Assembly: GCF_009914755.1 (NCBI RefSeq)
Contig: NC_060926.1
From: the human T2T-CHM13v2.0 reference genome, Homo sapiens
Reading direction: 5' to 3' (one strand)
Length of the DNA stretch: 64,000 nt
Positions 1 through 20,098 of this stretch are shown here, in pieces. The notes below the pieces were generated by a model. That model worked only from the letters and a program-made list of their open reading frames with translations, was not told where the DNA came from and searched no databases. The translations under genes were made by a program, and so were the position numbers. Each line of letters opens with the position of its first letter. Position 1 is the stretch's first letter.

Positions 1-1780
<1,780 letters not shown>

Positions 1781-2455
1781 TAGAATGAAACATATATGGA
1801 AATGTTCTGTGCAATAAAAACAGCAGTGGTAACACAGATGTAGGCTCTGAGTGTCTCACTGGAGACTGAAGTCCACAGATATGCAACAAAGCCTTTGTCT
1901 CCCTGATGTTTTTGCCTCCTGCTGGTCATGTGCTTTCACACATCAAGAGAGGACATTTAACATTTGAGCCACAGTGTCATTTGCTGTTGTCTGATGGGTG
2001 AGATTTTTGCTGGCGTAGTCCGTATTGTCATATGTTCTTGGGGCCCACAGGATTATTCTTGGTCATCTAAGATGTTACTGACATCTTATCACCTTAAGAT
2101 GTTGCTGACTTAATCACCTTCAACTGACTCCTATTCATTCTTTGAAATAAGCAGACACATGTTGTTTCAGTGATTCTTTCAGTTGGTGATTTGCCTGGTG
2201 CATTGCTATGTGAGGTCACCTCCTGTCAAATGACCCACAGGTGGTAACAGTCTGTGAACAAACAGTTTACAGGAGGGACCAACCATGTGCGGACGGACAT
2301 GGGGTGGGTCATTTCAAAGTGAGGTAGTCAACCTGGGCCCTAGACTGGCACAGACAGAAGAAGCCACAATCCTTTAGAGAGAAAAAAATTACAAAGTATA
2401 AATATCCGTTGTTAAGAGAAACAGACCATTTTCAGAGGGCGTAATAGTATTAAAA

Positions 2456-2717
2456 TGTGTTCTCATTGTTCAGCTCCCACTTATGAGTGAGAACATGCAG
2501 TGTTTGGTTTTCTGTTCCTGTGTTAGCTTGCTGAGGATGATGGCTTCCAGCTTCATCCCTGTCCCTGCAGAGGACTTGATCTCATACCTTTTTATGGCTG
2601 TGTAATATTCCATGATGTACATGTAGTACATTTTCTTTTTCCAGTCTATCATTGATGGGCATATGGGTTGGTTCCAAGTCTTTACCATTGTGAATAGTGC
2701 TGCTATAAACATACATG
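2456..2717 (-). mobile_element. L1PA 3' fragment, antisense
   Basis: ORF 2470..2712 (MFIAALFTMVKTWNQP...HCMFSLISGS) is the L1 ORF2 C-terminus. Confidence 0.9.
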
Positions 2718-5030
2718 GAGCAGATGGTGCTCAAAGCAAGATGGACCTCTGAGCAAGATGAGCTCTAAGCTTGATGGAGCTCAGAGCAGATGGAGCTCCA
2801 GGTGAGATGGAGCTTCAATTAATATGAAGCTTGGAGCAGATGTTGCTCAGAGTATGATGGAGCTCCAAGCCTATGGTCTCACAGCAAGATGGAGCTCCGA
2901 GCAAAATGGAGCTCAGAGCAGATGGTACTCAGAGTAAGATGGAGCTGGGAGTGACTGGGGCTCTGAGCAAGGTGGAGCTAAGAGCAGATGGTGCTCAGAG
3001 CAAGATGGAGCTTGGAGCAGATGGAGCTCTGAGCAGATGGAACTCAGAGCAACATGGAGCATGGAGTGTCCAGCTCAGAGCAAATATAGCTCAGACAAGA
3101 AGGAGCTCCAAGCAAGATGGAGCTTGGAGCCGAGGTTCCTCTGTGTAAGATGGAGCTCAGAGCAAGATAAAGCTTGGAGTCATTGGAACTCTGAACATTG
3201 CTCTGAGCAGCTGGAACTCTGAGCAAGATGGAGCTCTGAACAAGATGGTGCTCAGAGCAGGTGAAACTCTGAGCAATAAGGAGATCTAAGCAAGATGGAG
3301 CTTGGTGCAGATGTTGGTCAGTTTCAGATGGAGCTCAGAGCAGATGGTGCTCAGAGCATGATGGAGCTCAGAGTGATTAGAGCTCCAAGCAAGAATGGAG
3401 CTCAGAGAAGATTGAGCTTGGAGCAGATAGAGCTCTGAACAAAAAGGAGCTCCAAGCAAGATGGAACTTGGAGCAGATGTTGCTCGGTGTAAGATGGAGC
3501 TCAGAGCAGATGCTCATAACAACATGGAGCTTGAAATGATTGGAACTTAAAAACTTTGCTGTGGAGGATTGGAGCTCTGAGCAGATGGTGATCAGAGCAA
3601 GATCAGCCTCGGAGTGATTAGAGCTTCGAGCACAATAGGGCTTGGAGGAGATGCAGCTCTGAGCAAGATGTAGCTCAGAAAACATGTTGCCCACAGTAAG
3701 ATGTAGCTTGAGCAGATGGTGTTCAGAGCAAAATGAAGCTGGAAGTAATTGGAGCTCTCAGCAAGATGGAGCTCGGAGCAGATGGAGCTTGGAGCAAATG
3801 AAGTTCTGAGCAAGAAGGAGCTCTAAGCAAGATGGAGCTTGGAGCAAATGTTGCTCTGTTTCAGATGGAGCTCAGAGCAGATGGTGCTCAGAGCAAGACA
3901 GAGCTCAGAGAACATGCTGCTTACAGTAAGATGGAGCTTCGAGCACATGATGCTCAGAGCAAAATGGAGCTGGAAGTGATTGGAGATATCAGCAAGATGG
4001 AGCTAGAAGATGCAGCTCCGAGCATATGGAGCTCTGAGCAGAGGGTGCTCAGAGCAAGATGGAGTTTGTTGTAATTGGAGCTCTGAGAAAGATGGAGCTT
4101 GGAGCAAATGGAGCTCTGAGCAAAGTGGAGCTCAGAGTGATGGGAGCTCTAAGCAAGATGGAGCTTGGAGCAGATGGAGCTTCAAGCAGATGGTGCTCAG
4201 AGCAAGATGGAGCTTGGAGTGATTGGATCTCTGAACCAGATGGAGCTCAGATCAGATAGACCTCTGAGCAAGAAGGAGCTCCAAACAAAATGGAACTTGG
4301 AGCAGATGTTGCTGGTGTAAGATGGAGCTCAGAGCAGATGGTACCCAGAGCAAGAGGGAGCTCAGAGTGATTGGCACTCTGAACATTGCTTTGAGCAATT
4401 GGAGCTCTGAGCAAGATGCAGTTCAGAGCACGTAGAGCTCTGAGCGAAAAAGGAGCTCTAAGCAAGATGGAGTTTGGAGGAGATGTTGCTTGGTTTTAGT
4501 TGGAGCTCAGAGCAAAATGGAGCCCACAGTGATTACAGCTCCAAGCAAGGTGGAGCTCAGAGCACATGTAGCTCAGAGTAAGATGAGCTCCGCCTACATG
4601 GTGCTCAGAGCAAAATGGAACTAGAAGTGATTGGAGCTCCCAGCGAGATGGGGCTTGGAGTGATTGGAACTCCCAGCAAGATGGAGCTCAAAGTAGATGG
4701 ACCTCTGACTAGATGGAGCTCTGAGTAAGATGAATGTCTGTGCGGATGTTGCTCACAGCAAGATAGTGCTTGGAGCGATTGGCACTTCGAACAAGATGGA
4801 GCATGGAGCAGATGGAGCTCTGAGCAAGATGGAGCTTGGAGTAGATAGAGCTTGGAGCAAGAAGGAGCTCCAAGCAAGATGGAGCTTGCAGCAGGTGCTT
4901 CTCAGTGTAAGATGGAGCTCAGAGAAGATGATGCTCAGAGTAAGATTGAGCTCGGTGATTGGCACTCCAAACATTGCTCTGAGCCCATTGGAGCTCTGAG
5001 CAAGAAGGTGGGAAGTGAGCAAGAAGGTGA
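2718..5030. repeat. Degenerate ~2.3-kb minisatellite of 16/17-bp units (GAGCAAGATGGAGCTCA / GAGCAGATGGAGCTCT)
   Basis: Continuous run of units with a GATGGAGCT core. Alternating 17+16-bp units give 33-bp periodicity and the repetitive SKMELRADGAQ ORFs. Confidence 0.95.
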
Positions 5031-5033
5031 AGA

Positions 5034-8550
<3,517 letters not shown>

Positions 8551-8554
8551 AAAA

Positions 8555-8808
8555 TAATTTGAATTTGGCTTGCTTCCATTTTCAGCAGAACGCACTTGTG
8601 AGTCCTGCTCTGTCATTGTATTTTACATGTGTGGCTGTCCCTCTTGCTGTGTTGGAAGTCAGTGTTCCAGAATGTTAACTTCCACAAATACCTATATATA
8701 GAGGAAACAGAAAACTCTTCAAGTCAAAAGAGTGTATGTTGTTTCAGGGCAGTTCTCTAGCCTTGGATTTGAAACTATAATATTTGTTACACAGAGAGAA
8801 GATGGTTC
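8555..8808 (+). pseudogene. PKS fossil, piece 2 (ER-KR linker and KR Rossmann start)
   Basis: YFTCVAVPLAVLEVSVPEC*LPQIPIYRGNRKLFKSK, then a frameshift, then VYVVSGQFSSLGFETIIFVTQREDG. This is a degraded LFK..AVYIVxGGLTGLGFETVKFIA KR NADPH-binding motif. Confidence 0.8.
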
Positions 8809-9530
8809 TTTTTTATATTTTATTTTTAATTTTTGTGGGTACATAGTATTTATGGAGTACATGAGATGTTTTGATACGGGCATGCAATGTGAAAAAAAGC
8901 ACATCATAGAGAATGGGGTATCCCCTCAGTGATTCTTTGAGTTACAAACATTCCAGTTACACTCTTTATCTTATTTTCAAATATATGATTAAGTTATTAT
9001 TGACTATAGTCACCCGGGTTTGCTATCAAATAGTAGGTTTTTATTATATATTATTTCTTTTTTGTTTTTTGTATCCATTAACAATTCCTGCCTCCCCCTC
9101 ATTCTCTCACTACCCTTCCCAGCCTCTGGTAATCATCCTTCTACTCTCTATGTCCATGAGTTTAATTGTTTTTATTTTTAGATCCCGGAAATAAGTGAGA
9201 ACATGTGATGTTTGTATTTCTGTGCCTGGCTTATTTTTCTTGACATAATAATCTTCAGTTCCATCCATGTTGTTGCAAATGACAGGCTTTCATTTTATGG
9301 CTGAATAGTACTCCATTGTATATATGTACCACATTTTCTTCATTCATCTGTTGATGGACACTTAGGTTGCTTTCAAATATTAGTAATTGTAAACAGTGCT
9401 GCAGCAAACCTAGGCATGCAGAAATCTCTTTGATATACTCATTTCCTTTCTTTTGGGTATATACCAAGCAGTGGGATTTTTGGATCATATGGTGGTATAT
9501 CTGTTTTTTTCAGGAAACTCCAAACTGTCC
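8809..9530 (-). mobile_element. L1MA-type 3' fragment, antisense, inserted in the KR domain
   Basis: Begins with a T-rich tail and ttttgtgggtacatagta...catgcaatgtg (L1MA1/2-like 3' end). Flanked by a diverged TSD, gatggttct / gatagttct. Confidence 0.85.
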
Positions 9531-10605
9531 AAGGGATAGTTCTGTTGTGATTACTTCATTGAGAAATTTAACTTATGAGCAGTTGAAAGGAATGCAAGTT
9601 GCTGGAAAATCAGAATGAAGAGTGCAAAATGACCAAGCTACAATGTATTGTCATTATTCACTCTGATGTGAAAAAGGCAGTGAATTCAATAGAAAATAAC
9701 TTTGCAGAATAAAATCTCAGGTGTGTTTTTTTAGTGCCACAGTCTTGGATGATGGGCTTCTAGATGTTGAGTCCTAGAAGCTCTCAACATCTCTTCTTAA
9801 TTGGAGAAAGTGTTAAGCCCCAAAGTAGCTGGAGCAGTACATCTTCAATTTTTGACAAGAAAGCAGGAACTTGGTTACTTTGAGTGTTATTCATTAGTTT
9901 CTGCTTTCATTGAGAATGCAGCAAAAGCCAACGAGGCTGCTGCTAACTCCTTGCTGGACATCTTCTGCCACTATCACAGGAACTGTGATCTCACTGGACA
10001 ATTAACTAGGGAGCCTTTCATCTTGAATGACTGCTGCACAAATGATCTTCAAAGCATTTTAGCCACCAGAGGAATTCTCTTCAAATACCCAAAATCCATC
10101 AGTATCTTGAATCATGCTGGATTTTGAAGAATTCTTAACAAGCCATGTAAAGGGGGCTCTCTGGCCTTGAAATAGTGATGTTTTTTATACAGAAAGGAGA
10201 ATGCTGAATGTTCAGACTACCATGCACTGTTAAATTTGATTTCAAGAAATTACAGGAAAACTTTCCAAAGTTCCGTCTCACAGAATTTATTTTTACAAAG
10301 AATTCCAAGATAAGTTTAGTTTTATGGAAGATTTTTATGTGGTTTTTACTCACTCTTCATCTCAGACATCAACCGATGATTACATCACTTATTTAGCTAG
10401 TAAATTTATTAATATAAAACTCAGAGACATTCCAATATCCACATTGCTTACATCATCAGGCATAGATTCAATGTCAGCTATGACAATTGAAAATAAGCTG
10501 TTTTGTGATTTAAAGGTTTAAATTTCTCTAACCAAACAGCTTGATCCAGATGCAGCACTGCAAATGTTAATATTTGTTCTGGAAGAGCAATCAAATAAGA
10601 CTTAA
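9531..10605 (+). pseudogene. PKS fossil, piece 3 (KR catalytic part + ACP, to a terminal stop)
   Basis: DSSVVITSLRN.../LLENQNEECKMTKLQCIVIIHSDVKKAVNSIENNF..SATVLDDG...LEKVLSPKVAGAVHLQFLTRKQELGYFECYSLVSAFIENAAKANEAAANSLLDIFCHYHRNCDLTGQ (KR). Then TDDYITYLASKFINIKLRDIPISTLLTSSGIDSMSAMTIENKLFCDLKV*ISLTKQLDPDAALQMLIFVLEEQSNKT* (ACP with GIDSM; Ser codon 10468-10470). Confidence 0.9.
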
Positions 10606-10907
10606 GAGGAAAAGGAATGGCCACAATCCACCTGAAATTTTTTTTAAAAAAGTATGCAGCCTACTAAATCAGAATGAAAATAGAAGTACAAGATTATAAA
10701 CAAAATGCAATCAAACTTTTCTTAAGCTTACCTAAAGTTATTTTATCTGAAAATTTCAAGCAACTTTGATCAACATTAAATTGACAATCTAAACTAACAA
10801 GTCTTTTGAATTTATGTATGGTAGTAAACATTCTCTCTATTAATTTTATTACCTAAGGCTAAACCTAAAATTTTTAAGCAAAATTAGAAAGTCTTCACTT
10901 ATCAAAA

Positions 10908-11039
10908 AATAAAGTTTGTTACATTTAGTATTTTCCCAATAAAATTGGTCATTCTTGGTTTTTTATTTGGAGAATCTGTGCAAAATTTCACTGAAAATAA
11001 ATTAGAACTAGAAATTATTTCTAAATACCAAAAAAAAAA
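10908..11039 (+). terminator. Cluster of three AATAAA polyadenylation signals followed by an A-run
   Basis: AATAAA at 10908, 10938 and 10996, and A10 at 11030-11039, ~300-430 bp after the PKS stop codon. Confidence 0.5.
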
Positions 11040-11849
11040 TGAAGAATGGTTTCACAAAGAAAAAAAGAAAACTTGCTTAATTAGCAGAGTATCATCTCTG
11101 TGATTTTTGTGATTATTTGATCAGTGTCCTGAGATGGATACAATGGCAAGTAATGACAAAATTAAAATAAGCATGCAGATTTTTTTAAATTAAGTGCCAA
11201 AAAATAATTGGTCATGCAAAGCCCTTAAAAATATTGTGGCCTAATTCTAAAGTTTTTTGCTACTATGCTACATCACACGCAACATCAGTTAAGTGCTCAT
11301 TCTGTGACAGGTAGTACATTACATTTTAGCAAACTACACAAGACCCCTATGTGATAATATGCTTCAGGGTTGTAAGGTTGGGTGCATTTACTAGTCTTGA
11401 ATTTTCTGGGAGTATACAAACCCAATATTAGTCTAGATGCCCACAAATCTATTTAGACGTCACAGTAGAATGGAGAGTAATCTTGACCACAGGAAGCTGT
11501 GTTGTGGCATTTATTTTGAAATTATTTTTTCTTGATTTTTTTGCCTTTTGTTTTGTGAGTTTTATAATGTACAGAATATTTTTAAATTATTATATATATC
11601 AACTAATTAGTCTTCATTTAAACTTATGCCTCTGGGGTCTTACTTGGGTTTCTCCTAACAATATTATACACATATTTGCAATAATTTCTCTCATACTGCT
11701 TTTAACTCATTTAATTTTTCAACTTTTTAAGAATAACAAAAGTGATATTAATTGTAAAAATGCTGAAGTGACATATGAATTTATGAAGTGCATATGTATT
11801 TTTTAGTTTACCAATGAGATTGGAGAAATGCTGTCTTATATTTTAACAT

Positions 11850-12480
11850 ACATTTTGGCCATTACACAGATGAAGCAACTTTTCATTTGTTAATACATAA
11901 TGCATACTTTTTCTTCTGTGCAATTCCTCTTTGTATTCTTTGCTCATTTTCCCACTGGGATTTGCAAGTTCTTTATTATTTGATAATCTCTATACATTCT
12001 GAATATCAATTTTTTGTTATATATACCATGTAAATATTTTCTTCTAATTTGTTATTTGTCTTTTAATGGTATTTATCAATTGTTTGCTAAAAATGAGTTT
12101 GTTTAGTTAGTAAAATTTGTCTATCTTTAACTTCATGATATTTGTATATCATGTCATGAGGAAAAGGCATGAATATTTTAAAAACTTCCTTGTAGTGTTA
12201 ATTTTATTTTTTATTTCATTCTTTAAGTTATTTGAAATTTATTGTTTATTTCTTCAAATTCCAAATAATAACCAACTTTCTCAAAGCAATACTTCTTTCT
12301 ACTGATTTCAAACGTTACATTTGTCTTCTCTGAAGTTCTTGTTTTTTTGATACCTGACTGTCACACTACTGCTGTGGATGTGCTTCATACCATCACAGTA
12401 CTGCAGGGTTATAAGATTATCTGATAGCCAATAGAAGCAGACGTCTACTCACTGTCATTCTTTTGTCTTTTGGAGAATAA
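11850..12480 (-). mobile_element. Ancient L1 (L1ME-like) remnant
   Basis: Degenerate antisense L1 ORF2 motifs (tgctcattttcccactggg, ctctatacattctgaatatc, aaatattttcttcta). Confidence 0.5.
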
Positions 12481-12508
12481 AGTTAGCTATTTTTATCTGG
12501 GTTCTCAA

Positions 12509-12806
12509 TTTTTTTTTTTTCTTTTCGAGATGAAGCCTTGCTCTCTCACCCAGGCTAGAGTGCAGTGGTGCGATCTTGGCTCACTGCAACCTCTGCCTCC
12601 CGGGTTCAATTGATTCTTCTGCCTCAGCCTCCTGAGTGGCCAGGATTACAGGCATCCATCACCACGCCTGGCTAATTTTTTTATTTTTAGTAGAGACAGG
12701 GTTTCACCATCTTGGCCAGGCTGGTCTTGAACTCCTGACCTCGTGTTGCACCCACCTCTGATTCCCAAAGTCCTGGGATTACAGGCGTGAGCCACCGCAC
12801 CTAGCC
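12509..12806 (-). mobile_element. AluS
   Basis: Full antisense Alu; TSD gggttctca at 12499 and 12807. Confidence 0.93.
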
Positions 12807-13062
12807 GGGTTCTCAGTTTTGTATAAACTTTAAAATAGATTATCAAATCACATACCAATTACCATCTGATTGAAATTTCAATGTTTTTATACATAAGTTT
12901 CGAGACTAAAGCCATCTCTATTCTTTCAGCACTTCAGATGTTTATCTTTCAATTCAAAATGTATTCTAAATTTTATTTTGATGTTTCTTTGTGAATTATT
13001 TAGAAGTTTGTTGTTTGATTTCCAAACACTTGTGTGTTTACTAAGTATCTTATTGATATTCA

Positions 13063-14809
<1,747 letters not shown>

Positions 14810-14868
14810 TGTGAACCCCCAAAATCTGAGACAGGTCTCAGTTAATTTACAAAGTTGACATTGCCCAG
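14810..14868. mobile_element. Short MER4-family LTR terminus fragment
   Basis: tgtgaacccccaaaatctgagacaggtctcagttaatttacaaag matches my recall of the MER4A terminus. Confidence 0.65.
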
Positions 14869-16082
<1,214 letters not shown>

Positions 16083-16129
16083 TATATATATATATATATA
16101 TAAGTAAATGGCTGATCAGGAAAAAAAAT

Positions 16130-16585
16130 TTAGGAAGTAGAATTCAACAACACATCAAAAAGATTATACATCATGACTAAGTGGGAATTATCTCTGGCAT
16201 GCAAGGTTGGTTTAACATATGTAAATCAATCAATGTGATATATCACATTAACAAAATGAAAGATAAAACCACATGGTCACCTGAATTGATGCAGAAAAAG
16301 CATTTAACAAAATTTAGCAACCTTTCTTGATAAAACCTCTTAATAGTTTATGTATAGAAGGAAAGTTCCTCAACATAATAAAGACCATTTATCAGAAACC
16401 CATGGCCTACATCATAGTCAGTGGGGAACAACTAAAAGCTTTTCTACTAAGATTGAGTACAAGATAGGGATGCCCAGTCTCATCACTTTTATTCAACATA
16501 GTACTTGCAAGAGCAATCTGATGAGAAAAAAAAAGCAACTAAATTAAAGAAGTAAAATTATCTCTGTTTGCAGATGACAAGAATT
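16130..16585 (+). mobile_element. Older L1 ORF2 RT-region fragment
   Basis: [13 protein letters not shown]... through ...LSLFADD (tctctgtttgcagatgac), heavily diverged. Confidence 0.85.
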
Positions 16586-16697
16586 CATTAATTCCTTTAC
16601 ACATTTTTAAAAGTCCTCCAACATGTTTTCTTATTCTCGTTTGCTCATAATCTTCAGTATCCATATTCTCTGATCTGTATTTTGATCTTTTAAAATA

Positions 16698-16806
16698 CCT
16701 GTTGAGTATCCCTTAGCAAAAATGCATGGAACCAGAAGTATTTTGGATTTGGGATTTTTTTCAGATATTGGAATATTTGCATTCTACTTACCAGTTGAGC
16801 ATACCT
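16698..16806. mobile_element. Partial Tigger4/MER46-type DNA transposon (duplicate of 18074 copy)
   Basis: gttgagtatccctta...gaccagaagt...ggaatatttgcatt..acttaccagttgagcat. Confidence 0.75.
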
Positions 16807-18073
16807 ATTCTCCTTTGCAACAGAGTGCTAATATTCTCTTCTGTCTTTTTTGTTTTGTATGGTGGTCTATTTCCATCTTCTTCTGGAAGTTAACATCTAT
16901 GCCATCAACAGTTCTCTAAATTTGTCCTGATTTTTCATGTTTCCTTCTTCAAAGATCTCTTGAGATTTTTGGTTTCTATGCCCAACTTAATTTTTGTGTA
17001 GAATCTTTAACTAGTTGTCCAGTCCCAAGAAACCCATCAAACTTCACATGTCTTTACTGACAAATGGACATTGCATTTCTCATTGATTTTACTATCTCTG
17101 GGGAGGTGTGCTCCCTGAAGGCAGCACTTTTATTTCCAGTGAAAAAGGCACGGTTAGGCAATATGGGAAAGGCATTTCTGAATTTCAGGACCAGTCCTAA
17201 AATTGAGTTTGGGTCAGTTCTCTCTAGAAAATATTCTATTTTATCTACAAAGCAAAATTATTTTATTCCTTACAATAATATCAGAGACAGTTTCGCTACT
17301 ATTTACATTCAGTCTTTTGCCCTAAGTCAAACAGTCAACTCTGGGAGGAGGAGATCTTTGAAATAAATTTATTCTGTACCCTATAGACAGACACAAATTC
17401 TTTGGAGGCCTTTAGTTATATCTCCCTAAGAACTATGAAGGAAGATAATAGGCAACTGACTTCAAAAAATTTTGTTCTATTTTTTTGAAAACTCGACTCA
17501 TTTATGCTCTCCAGTGTCTTATCTCCATACTGCTCTGTGTTTTACTTCTGAATCAATCTTCCCTCCCTCCCAAATATTTTCAATGTGACTTCTGGAAACC
17601 TCATTAGAGGACATCGACTCCATTTCTTTGCTTTAATTAAAATTCAGCTATCTGTATGGGGACATTGCTTCCCTTGACGTGTGCTCCACTGAAGGCTAGT
17701 CATTTTCCCAAAGGCTAAGGTGTCATAGAATTTATTTAATAGAAGTAGGTTGGCATAATTTTAGCTCCATATTTCCTATTCCCAACCACTATTCCTCTAT
17801 TTTAATACAAAAGCCCCCTCTTTACTGTCTATCCATCTAACTATAATGTCTTCTAACTATAATGTCTTCTAACAACTGCCACATTTATTCCAGAACTTCC
17901 TCTCCACCCAAGCAACATCATTTTCTCAGTTTCCTCTGAGACTTTTTCTTGAATTCAGCCTTCCACTGCCTATATCTTAGACATTTTTTTAATGGCCTCA
18001 ACTGTTCCATGTAAAGAACCATAAGCTTAAATATCCATATTCTCTTAGCTTTATTTTGATCTTTTAAAATACT

Positions 18074-18303
18074 TGCTGAGTATCCCTTATCGAAAATGCA
18101 TGGGACCAGAAGTATTTTGGATTTTGGATATTTTTCAGATTTTGGAATATTTGCATTATACTTACCAGTTGAGTATCCTTAATTTGAAAATCTGAAATCT
18201 GAAATGCTCCAATGAACATTTCCTTTGAGCATCATGTAAGTGCTCAAAAACTTTCAGATTTTGAAGCATTTCAGATTTCAGATTTTCAGATTAGGGATAT
18301 TCA
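18074..18303. mobile_element. Tigger4/MER46-type non-autonomous DNA transposon
   Basis: Terminal inverted repeats (tgagtatccct ... agggatattca) and internal aaatct/cagattt repeats typical of this family. Confidence 0.8.
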
Positions 18304-18804
18304 TTGTTTGGCTGCCTTGGCTTGGGGCCACAATTTTATCTCCTGCTAGGGCAGGCTCTTCAGACCCACTTCTTCCAGCTGCTTCAGTGTAGGGAAGTAG
18401 TTGGCAGGCTTACTGTGAAGCTCCTCCCAGACTTTAGCCAACTTCAATCTCAAGCCACAGGCAGAGAGTCTTCTTGGTGTAGTTATAGTCCTTTCCTGCC
18501 CTGTTTTATGTTGGTTAGCTCCAGCTTGAGTTCCTCTCTTGGAGCCTTTACTGAAAGTAGCAAGAAGCAAGCATCTTATACCAGACACTTGAAATGTTTT
18601 CCTCCATGTTCTTTGGAGTTAGAGGTTCAGATGCCATGTGCTCTACCTTCCATGACATCATAGATGGTGGTTTTAACAAACATTTGTCCATGGCCTAGCA
18701 AAACTCACCAGCTTTATCACTGTCACATGCTGCGGAATTCTGAGTAAATGCCATGTATTTCAGATTATCTTCTGTTCAGCTCCTCTTCCAGGTACAAAGT
18801 TTTG

Positions 18805-19150
18805 TGTTAGTTAAGATGCAGGTTTGGTGGCTGTGATAGAAGTTCAAAATAAGAGTGGCTTAGACAAGAAAAGAGACTATTTCCCAGTCACATAATAGAA
18901 CAAGTTGTTAAGGTGGCATAGCTTTACAGGGAGGTCAGTGCTTGGGTATCTTCTATTTTTCTTTTATCCAGTCACTATGGCATGGCCTTTGTGGCCCAAA
19001 AGAGCTCATCACCACATCTGCATGTTAGCTAGGGAAAAGGGGAAAATACTCCCTTCACTGACACACAGCAGTCACCAAAGCTGGTCACGTGGCTATTGAG
19101 AAGGTGCAAGGGCAGCTGGGAAAACTGCAGTGCATTCTGGGTATTGGTGA
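18805..19150. mobile_element. Old MaLR LTR (MLT1-type) remnant
   Basis: tgtgttagttaagatgc...ggctgtgatagaa...aaaataagagtggcttagacaag opening typical of late MLT1 elements. Confidence 0.45.
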
Positions 19151-19711
19151 GAAGGCAGCCACTCTCATCTACTCTGATATTGAGAATTACATGTGATTGC
19201 TTTTAATTTTCATGTTAAACTTATTATGTGAGTTGGAACATTAAAGAAAAAATACACAAACAAATAAACTAGAGAATATTTTCCACTCCATTCATGTGAC
19301 CGCCAGTCTTTGATGGAGTTGGAGCCTGACAGAGATGAGAGGCAGAGCTCACAGGATAGAAAGATTTGAATTTGACTTTACTTTTAAATGCTTTCTTAAT
19401 AACTGAGTCCAAAAGTTAAGTTAAAAAAAAAAACTTGTTTAATTCTTCCCTCTGTCTCTAGGTAGCCCTGCATTGACATTATCATGAATACATTCCATTT
19501 AAAAACCTCCTTGAAAAGACAGTTCACTAATTGCCTCTATTAATGTTTCTCAGTTTTCTAGCCAAAACAAATATCTCAAGTTGTGCATTTCCTTTACGTA
19601 ACAGTGTGCAGTTGTGATAAACAAATTATACATGGAACTGACATGATCCTACAACATAAACTCTTTGAGAACTGAGGCTGTGCATTTTTTAGATTAGTAG
19701 ATACTTTGCAA

Positions 19712-20098
<387 letters not shown>

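Noticed and set aside
2718-5030. CRISPR-like repeat array
   Set aside because: Units are directly adjacent with no unique spacers, there are no cas genes, and the context is eukaryotic.
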